Assembly: GCA_963727525.1 (NCBI GenBank)
Contig: CAVSGO010000007.1
Coordinates: 1,888,001 to 1,952,000 of the forward strand
Direction: 5' to 3'
Length of the DNA stretch: 64,000 bases
Origin: an uncultured bacterium
Lineage (GTDB): Bacteria; Krumholzibacteriota; Krumholzibacteriia; LZORAL124-64-63
Shown piece by piece: positions 37,661 to 47,074 of this stretch (position 1 is its first letter; every line of letters begins with the position of its first letter). Position numbers and translations under genes: made by a program. Below the pieces are notes generated by a model. The model had not been told where the DNA came from. It searched no databases and saw nothing but the letters and a program-made list of their open reading frames with translations.

Positions 37661-38663
37661 CACCCTCCGGCCGGGGTGGATTCTCACTCGTCGCCACGCC
37701 GGTACCCAGGAGTTGCGGAGGCTCGTTGGTGGTGCGGCGTTCCTTCACCACCACGCTGCCGTCCATGGACTTGCCGTAACGCTTGAGCTCGGCCAGGGTG
37801 TCGCTCAGAGCGGCCTGGTGCGCGAAACGCCCATGCGCGTCGGTGATGAGGGACACGGTGAGCGTGATCAGCGGCACCTGTTCCATCCCGCCTGCGCGGT
37901 TGGTGGCCTCCAGGTAGCCGTTCTCCTGATCGCGCGGATCGTGGAGGCCCGGCACCCGGGCGTCGAAATCGCGGATGATGCGCAACGCTAGCGACTCGGC
38001 GCACTCGCTGTCGCAGGTCATGACGAAGTCGTCGCCACCCACATGGCCGATGAAGACGTTGCGGTCGCGCGCGTCGCGCGCGGCGCTACAGAGCACGTGC
38101 GCCAGCATGGAGATGGCCTGGTCGCCGCGCGAATAGCCATAGTGGTCGTTGAAGCTCTTGAAGCGATCGATATCGAGGTACATGATCGCGAAGGCTTTAC
38201 CGGCATCGATACGCCGCTGGGCCTCGCGGGCGATCGCCAGGTTGCCCGGCAGCCCGGTGAGCGGGTTGGCCTCGCGCTGCGCGCGCACGCTCTCCAGCAT
38301 GTTGTGCATACGCAGCAGCAGTTCTTCCTGATTGAAGGGCTTGGTGACGTAGTCGTTGGCGCCCCCGCGCAGCCCCTCCACCTTCTCGCGGCTGGTGCCC
38401 TTGGCGGTGAGCATGATCACCGGCACGCGGGCCGTTTCCAGGCTGGCCCGGATGCTCCGCAGGACAGAAAATCCATCCATACGTGGCATCATGACATCCA
38501 GGAGCACCAGATCGGGCGAAACGCGATCCAGGGCGTCCAGCGCCTCCTGGCCGTCTGCAGCCATGATGACCCGGTACCCCTCCTGCTCCAGCAAGTACTG
38601 GAGAATACGGCGGATATGTGGTTCGTCGTCGGCCACCAGGATGGTCTCGCGCTCCACCGTCAC
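37641..38663 (-). CDS. Response regulator-diguanylate cyclase (REC-GGDEF)
   Basis: REC 'VADDE/LDVMMP/KPF'; 'NPLTGLPGN', 'DIDRFKSFNDHYG', 'HVGGDDF'. Confidence 0.9.
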   Translation of the reverse strand: MTVERETILVADDEPHIRRILQYLLEQEGYRVIMAADGQEALDALDRVSPDLVLLDVMMPRMDGFSVLRSIRASLETARVPVIMLTAKGTSREKVEGLRGGANDYVTKPFNQEELLLRMHNMLESVRAQREANPLTGLPGNLAIAREAQRRIDAGKAFAIMYLDIDRFKSFNDHYGYSRGDQAISMLAHVLCSAARDARDRNVFIGHVGGDDFVMTCDSECAESLALRIIRDFDARVPGLHDPRDQENGYLEATNRAGGMEQVPLITLTVSLITDAHGRFAHQAALSDTLAELKRYGKSMDGSVVVKERRTTNEPPQLLGTGVATSENPPRPEGDDDPHP

Positions 38664-38811
38664 CTCGGCCTCCTGCGGCATGCAATATGAATGACCAGCG
38701 CCGGTCGAAGGCGCGTTCCCCGGTCGGCAAGCAAGGCTCGTGCCCTGCGCGCCCCGGTGAGGCATGTCCAGTCAGGAGGAGAAACATCAAGAAACAGGCG
38801 AGCTTAGACCT

Positions 38812-39822
38812 TCAGCGCCACGACGCCAGGGGCGCCCGCGCGAAGCTGTCGAGATCGAGGCCATCGTGCCGGCCGGCATGCAGGTGACAGAAGCCGGCGT
38901 AGGCGATCATCGCCGCGTTGTCGGTGCAGTACTCCCGCTCCGGGGGCACGAAGTGCAGACGCCGCCGCCCGGCCTCCTCGGCCACCCGCTCGCGCAGGTC
39001 GGCGTTGGCCGCCACGCCGCCGGCCAGGTAGACGGCGCGCACGCCGTGCTGATTCGCGGCCTGGAAGAGCCGGTGGGTGAGCACGTCGACGATCGCGTCC
39101 TGGACGGCGCGGCACACGTCGGCCACGTCTTGATCGGAGAACGGTCTCGGCAGCGACTCCACCGTGAGACGTACCGCCGTCTTCAGACCACTGAAGCTGA
39201 AGATGAGCCGCCGATCCTTCAGCAGGGGGCGCGGCAGGTCGAAGCGTCGCGGATCCCCGTCGCGGGCGAGGCGGTCCACGTGCGGCCCCCCGGGATAGGG
39301 CAGACCGAGAAGCTTGGCGCTCTTGTCGAAAGCCTCACCCGCCGCATCGTCGAGGGTGCCCCCCAGCCGCTCGTAACGCCCGATCTCGCGCACCAGCACC
39401 AGCTCAGTGTGGCCGCCGGAGACCACGAGCACCACGGCCGGCAGCACGAGATCGGCGGAAAGGGCGTTGGCCAGGATGTGGCCCTCGATGTGGTGCACGC
39501 CTACGAGGGGCCGCTCGGCCGCGCGCGCAAGCGCCTTGGCCGTGGACAGCCCCACGAGCAGAGCACCGATGAGGCCGGGGCCGGCCGTGACGGCGATGCC
39601 GTCGAGGTCGCTCAGCGCGATTTCACGACGCTTGAGCAGCAGGTCGACCAGCGGCAGCAGGTTTACCAGGTGCGCGCGCGAGGCCAGCTCCGGCACCACG
39701 CCGCCGAAGACATCGTGCAGGTCCACCTGCGACGACACCAGGTTTTCCGCCACGCCCGCGGTGCTGTCGTAGAGGGCGACGCTCGTATCGTCGCAGCTCG
39801 TCTCGATGCCGAGCACCCTCAA
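38812..39822 (-). CDS. tsaD: tRNA N6-adenosine threonylcarbamoyltransferase TsaD
   Basis: 'LGIETSCDDT', 'GGVVPELASRAH', 'HHIEGH', 'VSGGHT', 'DDAAGEAFDK', 'CTDNAAMIA'; TTG start overlaps the nnr stop. Confidence 0.97.
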   Translation of the reverse strand: MRVLGIETSCDDTSVALYDSTAGVAENLVSSQVDLHDVFGGVVPELASRAHLVNLLPLVDLLLKRREIALSDLDGIAVTAGPGLIGALLVGLSTAKALARAAERPLVGVHHIEGHILANALSADLVLPAVVLVVSGGHTELVLVREIGRYERLGGTLDDAAGEAFDKSAKLLGLPYPGGPHVDRLARDGDPRRFDLPRPLLKDRRLIFSFSGLKTAVRLTVESLPRPFSDQDVADVCRAVQDAIVDVLTHRLFQAANQHGVRAVYLAGGVAANADLRERVAEEAGRRRLHFVPPEREYCTDNAAMIAYAGFCHLHAGRHDGLDLDSFARAPLASWR

Positions 39823-41447
39823 GACGCCACCTCCGGCGGGACCGGCGCACCGGCCGTCGGCCAGAGGCGCCGACGCAGCGCGACATCGCCCGTGGACGCG
39901 TCCTCGAGCACGGCGAGCACACCGGCCACCTCGTCGGCGATCTCGCGGGTGAGCACGCCGCGTCGTCCACGCGCGGCAGCCGCCCGCTCGCCGGCCATGC
40001 CGTGCACGAGGGCGCCGAGCAGAGCCGCCTCGCGCGCGGTCGCGCCCTGAGCGAGGAACGCGCCGATCACGCCCGTGAGCACGTCGCCGGCACCGCCGCG
40101 CGACAGTGCATCGTCGCCGAAGGGGTTCACGTGCAACGCGCCATCGGGTGTGCCGATCAGGGTAGGCGAACCTTTCAGCAGTAGCACCAGGTTCCAGCGC
40201 GCCGCCAGCTCGGGCACGAGCGAGAAGCGCCGGGCCACGACATCGGCCGGCGTGGTGCCGATGAGACGCGCCAGCTCGCCGGGATGCGGCGTGAGCACGA
40301 CCTCGCGTCCCGCCCCCGCCGGTACCTGGCCCTGGCGGGAGAAGGCGTTGAGTCCGTCGGCGTCGATCACGTGCGGCAACGTGAGATCGCGCGCGAGATC
40401 GAGCACGAAGCCGTCGGTCCGCGGATCGTCGCCCAGGCCGGGCCCGATCGCCACCGCGCGCTGGTGGGCGAGCAGATCCGACAGGGCGGGCGCGGCGACC
40501 GGCGCCAGCGTCTCGCCGCTGGTCATCGCGAGCGGCCGCAGGATCGCCTCCGGCAGGGCCACATGCAGGGGCACCTCCAGGCACGACGGCACGCCGAGCG
40601 TGAGCATGCCCACGCCCGTGCGCAGGGCGCCCAGACCCGTGAGCTGCGCGGCACCGCCATAGGCGCGCGAACCCGCCAGTACGAGCAGCGTGCCGCACTG
40701 GTTCTTGTGCGCGAATGTCGGCCGCGGCGGGAGCATGGCGAGGTACGCCTCGATCGCGGGCAGATGCCAGTTCGCCGTATGCGCCGCGCAGACCTCCGGT
40801 GCGAACCCGATGTCCACGACCTTGAGTGCGCCCACGAAGTCGCGACCCGGCGGGAGCAGCAGCCCCAGCTTGGGCAGCCCCACGGTGATCGTGCCATCGG
40901 CGCGCACGGCCACGGGATCCACGCGGCCGTCGTCGCCGCTCACGCCCGAGGGGATGTCCACCGCCAGCACGGGCACCGAGAGCTGGCCGATCGCCTCACA
41001 AAGCGCGGCGTACTCGGCCTGGAGCGGCAGGCTGACACCGGTGCCCAGGATCGCGTCGATCACGAGCCGGGCGCCATCCGCCAGATCGCGCACCTGCCGC
41101 GCCCAGTGGCCGCGCTCGCCGGGCACGACGGTCACCGCCGCCGGCAGGCGATCGTGGTTGTGACGCGCCTCCTCGCTCAGTTTGGCCGGCTCGGCCAGGA
41201 GCAGCACCGTCACCGTCTCGCCCACCTCGGCGAGCAGGCGTGCCATCACCAGTCCGTCGCCGCCGTTGTTGCCCTTGCCGCACACGACCACGATGGAGTC
41301 GCCGGGATCGCTGCCAAGCCAGCCACCGTCGAAGACCTCGGCCACCATGGCCGCCCCCGCACGTTCCATGAGCTTGAGGCCGGGCGTGCCGGCGGCGATG
41401 GTCTCGCGATCGATGGCAGCCATCTGCTGGGCGGTGGCGATACGCAT
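39819..41447 (-). CDS. nnr: Bifunctional NAD(P)H-hydrate epimerase/dehydratase
   Basis: 'LMERAG', 'GKGNNGGDG', 'DAILGTG', 'DIPSG', 'GPGLG', 'DADGLN', 'TPHPGE', 'GGAGDVL'. Confidence 0.95.
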   Translation of the reverse strand: MRIATAQQMAAIDRETIAAGTPGLKLMERAGAAMVAEVFDGGWLGSDPGDSIVVVCGKGNNGGDGLVMARLLAEVGETVTVLLLAEPAKLSEEARHNHDRLPAAVTVVPGERGHWARQVRDLADGARLVIDAILGTGVSLPLQAEYAALCEAIGQLSVPVLAVDIPSGVSGDDGRVDPVAVRADGTITVGLPKLGLLLPPGRDFVGALKVVDIGFAPEVCAAHTANWHLPAIEAYLAMLPPRPTFAHKNQCGTLLVLAGSRAYGGAAQLTGLGALRTGVGMLTLGVPSCLEVPLHVALPEAILRPLAMTSGETLAPVAAPALSDLLAHQRAVAIGPGLGDDPRTDGFVLDLARDLTLPHVIDADGLNAFSRQGQVPAGAGREVVLTPHPGELARLIGTTPADVVARRFSLVPELAARWNLVLLLKGSPTLIGTPDGALHVNPFGDDALSRGGAGDVLTGVIGAFLAQGATAREAALLGALVHGMAGERAAAARGRRGVLTREIADEVAGVLAVLEDASTGDVALRRRLWPTAGAPVPPEVAS

Positions 41448-42199
41448 CAGGTATCCTCCCGGCCGGCCGCCGGGTTGGCGGCGTTGAGGCGATCCAGCAC
41501 GTCGAGGAGCTGTGCCAGATCGTCGATGACAAACTCGGCCAACGCGGCCGCGTCCTTCTCGCCCTGGTCCGGCGTGCGGTAGGGCGGCGCCTGGTCGCCA
41601 TAGCGGGCGTAGACGGTGTGCAAGCCCAGATCCCGCGCTCCCAGGATATCGCGCGACGGCCAGTCGCCCACCATCACGGCGCGCTGCGGGCCCACCCCCA
41701 GCTCGGTGAGCGCCATCTGGAAGGGGCCCGGCGCCGGCTTGCGCGCTCCCGTGTCGTCGAAGGTGAAGACGCCGTCGAAGGTGTGCTGCAGGCCGAGACG
41801 GCACAGGCGAAGCCAGGCCTCGAAGCGCGGCGCATCGCTCACAACGGCCAGCCGGTAACCTTCGCGCAGGAGCCGATTCAGCACCATGGTCGCGTGCGGA
41901 TAGAGCACCTGCGATCCATCCCGCGCGCGGCGGTAGGCAATGACTGCGGCGGCGAGGATGCGGTCGTGCACCTCGCCCATCGTCTCCTTGAGGAACCGGT
42001 CGAACACCCGCTGGTACTCGATGCCCTCGGCCTGGTAGATGGCATAGATGCGCCGGTGGGCTTCCTCGCAGGGCAGTGGGAGCCCGGCGTCGATCATGGC
42101 GTCGGCGGCGGCACGGATGGCGTCGTCCTTGGCCTTGATGAAGTCGGTCAGCGTATTGTCGAGATCGAAGATGACGGCCTCGATGGCGCGGCTGGACAC
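41447..42199 (-). CDS. HAD-IA family hydrolase
   Basis: 'IFDLDNTL', 'KPAP', 'MVGD...DILGA'. Confidence 0.88.
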   Translation of the reverse strand: MSSRAIEAVIFDLDNTLTDFIKAKDDAIRAAADAMIDAGLPLPCEEAHRRIYAIYQAEGIEYQRVFDRFLKETMGEVHDRILAAAVIAYRRARDGSQVLYPHATMVLNRLLREGYRLAVVSDAPRFEAWLRLCRLGLQHTFDGVFTFDDTGARKPAPGPFQMALTELGVGPQRAVMVGDWPSRDILGARDLGLHTVYARYGDQAPPYRTPDQGEKDAAALAEFVIDDLAQLLDVLDRLNAANPAAGREDT

Positions 42200-42293
42200 G
42201 GGACACCTTCCTTGCCGGGGGATCGCCCGAGCGATATTAATGACAGACGCGGCTGCTGCCAAGGCACGGTGGTGCCGCATCACGGACGGAAGC

Positions 42294-43121
42294 ATGCACG
42301 ACACGCCACCGCCGCATCCAACCGACCCGCTAGGCGGGCTCTGGCGCACCTGGTCCACGACCCGGTTCGTGATCTTCGCGTTCCTGCTGCTCGCGGCGTC
42401 GTTCCTGCTGCAAATCCTGGTCTATGGCCTCACGAACGACATCTTCCTACCCGTGCTGGTGGCCGATCTGGTGGGCGTGATCCTGCCCTGCTGGCACGCC
42501 GCACGGGAGGCCGGCGGAACGCTGGGACGTGATTTTCACCTCACGCGGCCCGAACCGCTGACCCTGGTGGCAGCCGTGATCGTGGCGGTGGCCGCGCTGG
42601 TGCCCACGTCCTTCCTGGCCGAGCTGTCGTCACGCATCCACGCCGTCGACCCGCAGTGGGTGCTGTTCTACCAGAAGAACCTGCCCGGCCACTGGCCGGG
42701 GATCGCTCTGGCGGCGGTCACCGTGGTCGTGGTCGCGCCGCTGGCAGAGGAGTTGCTCTTTCGGGGCGTCGTCTACAGGCTGGCACGCCGCACCTGGGGC
42801 CCGTGGCCGGCAGCCCTCGTCTCCGCCCTGGCGTTCGGCCTCATCCACGGGGAACCCTGGTTCCTCTTCGGCCTCATCGGTCTCGGCCTGCTCTTCGCCT
42901 TCCTCTACGAGACCACCGGATCCCTGCTCGCCACCGTGATCGCCCACGGCGTCCACAACGGTATCTCCCTCGCCCTGATGGTGGCGCAACGCGACGAGCT
43001 CGGCGACTCTCTCGATCCCCATGCGCAGGACTGGCTGTTCCTGGTGCTGTCGGCGGTGGCGCTCGCGGTCACACTGATCGTGCTGAGGCGGCGCGGGCAT
43101 GGACTCGGCGAGACACGTTGA
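42294..43121 (+). CDS. CPBP (CAAX/Abi) family intramembrane metalloprotease
   Basis: 'AEELLFRG', 'FGLIH', 'HGVHN'. Confidence 0.9.
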   Translation: MHDTPPPHPTDPLGGLWRTWSTTRFVIFAFLLLAASFLLQILVYGLTNDIFLPVLVADLVGVILPCWHAAREAGGTLGRDFHLTRPEPLTLVAAVIVAVAALVPTSFLAELSSRIHAVDPQWVLFYQKNLPGHWPGIALAAVTVVVVAPLAEELLFRGVVYRLARRTWGPWPAALVSALAFGLIHGEPWFLFGLIGLGLLFAFLYETTGSLLATVIAHGVHNGISLALMVAQRDELGDSLDPHAQDWLFLVLSAVALAVTLIVLRRRGHGLGETR

Positions 43122-43163
43122 CGCTTCACGGAAACGGGCGCCGCAATTCCCCCGCGACGGTGC

Positions 43164-43664
43164 TCAGGACCCCAGCAACTGCGGATTGAGCCGCCATACC
43201 GCGAAGTTCAGCGCTGAGGCGAAGCTGACCCACATCAAGTAGGGAATGAGCAGCGCGCCGGACAGCGGGCTCACGCGCCAGAACAGCATCAGGGTCGCCA
43301 GTATGAGCAGCCAGAGCAGGACCACGTCGGCGAAGGCCAGGGCGCCCCGGTGCCAGCGGAAGAAGAGCCAGCTCCAGAGGGCGTTGAGCGCGAGCTGCGC
43401 GACGAAGAGGGAGAGCGCGAGCACGGCGCCGCGCAGTCCCGCGGTGCGCCACACGAGCCAGGCGGCGATGCCCATGAGGGTGTATAGCACCGTCCACACC
43501 GGCCCGAAGACCGTCGGCGGCGGCGACCAGTCCGGGCGTACGAGCTGGGCATAGAACGACTTGGCCTGGATCGACGCCACCGCGCCGATCGCGGCGGTGG
43601 CGTAGCTCACCACCAACCAGCCGATCAGTCCGATCCCCTGCAGTGCCTTCGTATACGTGACCAT
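43164..43664 (-). CDS. tspO: TspO/MBR family tryptophan-rich sensory protein
   Basis: 'PDWSPPPTVFGPVWTVLY', 'LNALWSWLFF', 'PYLMWVSFASALN'. Confidence 0.93.
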   Translation of the reverse strand: MVTYTKALQGIGLIGWLVVSYATAAIGAVASIQAKSFYAQLVRPDWSPPPTVFGPVWTVLYTLMGIAAWLVWRTAGLRGAVLALSLFVAQLALNALWSWLFFRWHRGALAFADVVLLWLLILATLMLFWRVSPLSGALLIPYLMWVSFASALNFAVWRLNPQLLGS

Positions 43665-43683
43665 CGATCCTCAACTCGAGTGA

Positions 43684-46600
43684 TCAGCGCCAGTCGCCGG
43701 TTCCCACGAACGCGGCCCATAAGAACGGGTGCACACTCCGCCCGCTGGCCCGTCGCTGGGCGAGGATGCGCCGCGACGCCTCTCTCAGGGCGACAGCCGA
43801 GCCGAAGCCGTCCTGGAGCCGTGCGCGGTAGAGTTCGGTCATCCACTCGCGGGTCGCAACATCCTCGACGGGCCACAGGCTCATGATGACGGTGCGGGCG
43901 CCGGCGATCTCGAAGGCGCGTTGCAATCCGAAGACGCCCTCGCCCGGCAGCGTCTCGCCGAGGCCGGTGTCGCAGGCCGAGAGCACGGCCCAGTCGACGC
44001 CGTCGAGGTCGAGCGTCGAGATCTCCTCGGCGGTGACGATGGCGTCCTCCTGGCCGGGCTGTGCCTCGGCTCGGCGGTTGGCCCCGGCCAGCGCCAGGCC
44101 CGCGAGCAGGAGCGGATCGTCGGGGAAGTCGGATGTGCTCGCCTGGCAGTCGCCGGCGAGGAACCAGCCATGGGTCGCGACGTGCAGGAACCGATGGCCG
44201 GGCAACGAATGCTTGAACGCGTCCTCGGTGGCCGCCGCGCCACTGAGCATGGTCACCGGGCCGCTGGCCAGCGCCGCGATCGCCTCGCACTCCTGCCGCG
44301 TGCCCGGCAAGGGCGTGAAGCGATGGGTGACGAAGTCGGCGCAACCGGGAAGCCCCCCGCGCAAAGCTTCGGCTGCCGGATCCGCCGGCGAAGGGTCCAT
44401 GGCGAGGTCGAAGTCCGGATCGCCGACGAGGACCAGGCCGCGTCCGGCCGGCCCCGACACGAGGTCGAGTCCTTTCTCGCGGCTGAGATAATGGATCACG
44501 GGGTCGTGCTCGACGAGGAAGCCACCTTCGGTGTCCGGAAGCGCGGCCAGCGGCAACAGGTGCAGGTCGCCGGACGGCACGACGAAGACGAGCGACGCAT
44601 CCCCCAGGCATGGTGTCAGCGGATCCCAGATCGCGGTCCGGAGCCGGCCGCCCGTCGCCAGGTTGGTCGCCAGCGCCTGCTCCGCCATTGCCGGCACCGG
44701 GACCCGGGCAGCGGCCAGGCCGGCACGCCACCGCGTCACCAGACTGTCGATGGTCGCGGCAGGCCCCAGATCGATGGCACGCTCCCCGGTCGCCGCCAGG
44801 ACGAACCCGCAGTACCAGGGCACCGATTGCGTGCCGCGCACGCGCCCGAAACGCTGGTACGCCACCAGGGTGGCGCCGGTTGGTAGAGCCGCGCGCACAG
44901 CGTCCAGACCCTCGTCGCGCCCGCGCGCGGCGGTCCGGTAGCTGGCGCTACGTGCGGCAAGCGCCGTTTCCGCCTCGCGCTTGCGCAGCTTCGCGTCCTG
45001 GAGCATCTGCGCGAACTGTGTGGGGAGGCGGTCGGACATGCCGCGCACGTAGAGGTCGGCGAGCTGACTGCGCGCGGCATGCACCGCGTCCGCGAGCTCG
45101 CGCGTCGTATCGTCGTCCGCCGATGCGACCGCACGCCGGCGCGACACGAGTTCGTCCAGCACCATGCCGCGCGAACGGATCACGCGATCCCAGACCTTCG
45201 CGACGGCGGCGCGGTCCGGCCCTTGCTCCAGCAACGCGGATATCGCCAGATCGAGCCCCTTCACTCGCGACAGCGCGAATTTCTGCGCGACGTTCTCGCC
45301 AAGCGTCTGCACGACGACGCGAAACTGCTGCGCCGCGAGATCCTCGGTGGTCAGCGCGTCGGTCAGAGCGGCGTCGGCACGCCCCTGGCGCAGACGGATA
45401 CTCGAGCGGTTGGCATGGAGGCTCGCCTCGACCTGCGGATCGATCACGACCGCCGCGCCGTCGAGCGCGCTGTCGAGCAGGGCGGCGGCTGTCCTCAGAT
45501 CGCCGCGGGCGGCGCGGATCGAGGCCAGATCGCTGCGTACCTCGGCCACCCGGTAGTGGTCGTCGCCGACGGCGTCGATCAAGCCGGGCAAGCAGTGTTC
45601 GAGATGCGTGCCGGCGGCGTCGAGGTCGCCGGCCCGGCGCTCGACCATCCCGAGGTACGCCTCCGTGGTCAGGGCGCTCGGGTGATCGGCCCCGAGCGTC
45701 CCGGCGACCAGGCGCAACGATTGCTCGAGGATCTGCCGGGCCTGGACCACCTCGCCGAGGGACTCGTGGGCGATGGCGAGGTTGTTCAGGACGTCGCACT
45801 CCTCCGGGTTCTCGAGACCGTAGGCGGTCTCGTACCCCGCGCGCGCGCGCTCGAAGTATCTGAGCGCCACCTCGTGGTCGCCGAGGCCCTGGGCCACCTG
45901 CCCCAGACCGGTGAGAACGCCGATGACATTGGGCCGCTGGCCCATGTCGTTGGCCTCGTAGATTGCGAGGGCGCGCTGAAAGAGAGGCTCGGCGCCGCGC
46001 AGGTCCCCGAGGGACAGCAGGTTGCTGGCCTGCGACATGCAGGCGAACGCGGTGAGGGGATGGTCGGGTCCGGACACCTTCTCGATGCAGGCGAGCGCCT
46101 TGCTTCCCGCCGCTCGCGACGAGGCGAGGTCGCCGAGGAGGCGGTCGATGTGCGCGAGGTTGGCGTAGGCCGCGCCGACCCTGGCCGTGGTCAACCCATG
46201 GGCCGCCTCCATCGCCGCGGCGACATGCGCAAAGTAAGGTCGGGAATCCGCGAGACGGCCTGCCGACGCCAGCGCGATGGCGAGCACGGCCTCGGCGTCA
46301 TTGATCGCGGTGTCGCCGGGATCGAGCAGCCGCTGCCGGATCGCCAGCGCCTTCTCGCACATGGGGATCGACTCCGCGGCCCGGCCGTCCAGCCGCAGCT
46401 TCGCCGCCCGCGTCATGATGGCGGCGGCTTCGTACAGACCGTCGGGATCGCGCGCCTCGGTGATGGCGAGCGCGCGGCGTGAAAGCTCGTCAGCCGCCGG
46501 TTCACTACCCCGCCCCGCCGCCCCCAGCGCCCGCACGTGACGATCGAGGCAGCGCGCCAGCTCGAGCGAGTCGGGTCCGTACACCCGCGACCAGAGCGCC

Positions 46601-46785
46601 CCCAGCGACTCCGCGGCGGCAACACCGGCGTCGTACTTCCCATCGTGAAAGAGATCGTCGAGCGCCTGCAGGCTGATCGCAACGGAATCGGGCGTGGCCG
46701 GCGCGGCCTCGGCGTGCGCGCACGTCCCCGCGCCGAGCCAGGGCCCGTAGGCGAGGAACGTGATCAGCAGGAACCGGTTGACCAT
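43684..46785 (-). CDS. TPR-repeat CHAT domain (caspase-like) protein
   Basis: Kinesin-light-chain-like TPRs; 'LHVATHG', 'VLSACDTG', 'GEGVFGL', 'SLWPV', 'HPFLWAAF'. Confidence 0.9.
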   Translation of the reverse strand: MVNRFLLITFLAYGPWLGAGTCAHAEAAPATPDSVAISLQALDDLFHDGKYDAGVAAAESLGALWSRVYGPDSLELARCLDRHVRALGAAGRGSEPAADELSRRALAITEARDPDGLYEAAAIMTRAAKLRLDGRAAESIPMCEKALAIRQRLLDPGDTAINDAEAVLAIALASAGRLADSRPYFAHVAAAMEAAHGLTTARVGAAYANLAHIDRLLGDLASSRAAGSKALACIEKVSGPDHPLTAFACMSQASNLLSLGDLRGAEPLFQRALAIYEANDMGQRPNVIGVLTGLGQVAQGLGDHEVALRYFERARAGYETAYGLENPEECDVLNNLAIAHESLGEVVQARQILEQSLRLVAGTLGADHPSALTTEAYLGMVERRAGDLDAAGTHLEHCLPGLIDAVGDDHYRVAEVRSDLASIRAARGDLRTAAALLDSALDGAAVVIDPQVEASLHANRSSIRLRQGRADAALTDALTTEDLAAQQFRVVVQTLGENVAQKFALSRVKGLDLAISALLEQGPDRAAVAKVWDRVIRSRGMVLDELVSRRRAVASADDDTTRELADAVHAARSQLADLYVRGMSDRLPTQFAQMLQDAKLRKREAETALAARSASYRTAARGRDEGLDAVRAALPTGATLVAYQRFGRVRGTQSVPWYCGFVLAATGERAIDLGPAATIDSLVTRWRAGLAAARVPVPAMAEQALATNLATGGRLRTAIWDPLTPCLGDASLVFVVPSGDLHLLPLAALPDTEGGFLVEHDPVIHYLSREKGLDLVSGPAGRGLVLVGDPDFDLAMDPSPADPAAEALRGGLPGCADFVTHRFTPLPGTRQECEAIAALASGPVTMLSGAAATEDAFKHSLPGHRFLHVATHGWFLAGDCQASTSDFPDDPLLLAGLALAGANRRAEAQPGQEDAIVTAEEISTLDLDGVDWAVLSACDTGLGETLPGEGVFGLQRAFEIAGARTVIMSLWPVEDVATREWMTELYRARLQDGFGSAVALREASRRILAQRRASGRSVHPFLWAAFVGTGDWR

Positions 46786-47023
46786 GGCGTGCTTCCCTGC
46801 ACCGCGTCTGGTGGCAACGGGCGCTTTGCGGCAAGCTAAGGCCATCGGGGAACGGGCGCCATGCGTGGCGCGTGGACTCGCCGGGATGACGCGCACGGCG
46901 GACGTTGGTCTCGTCGCGCCGAGCGTGCCGGTCAAGGTGAAGACGCGCGGGCCGACACCGAAGCTGTCGCACACGAGCCGGCAGGTGCCGCCGGTCGCGT
47001 GATACGCGAGGCGGCGAACGCAC

Positions 47024-47057
47024 GAGCCCCCGGAGCGCCTTCGCACCCCGGGGGCTC
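47024..47057. terminator. GC-rich hairpin downstream of the M1 aminopeptidase (probable terminator)
   Basis: GAGCCCCCGG...CCGGGGGCTC 10-bp stem; no clear U-tract. Confidence 0.5.
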
Positions 47058-47074
47058 TCCATCATCAGCGCCGT

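Noticed and set aside
37641-38663. Possible Hypr-type GGDEF (3',3'-cGAMP synthase)
   Set aside because: The specificity position is the canonical Asp ('YGYSRGD'), not Ser/Thr, so c-di-GMP is expected; no RxxD I-site is evident either
46786-47046. In-frame upstream extension of the CHAT ORF (possible gene remnant)
   Set aside because: Overlaps a terminator-like hairpin and has no recognisable domain; the ATG at 46785 followed by a signal-like sequence is the better start
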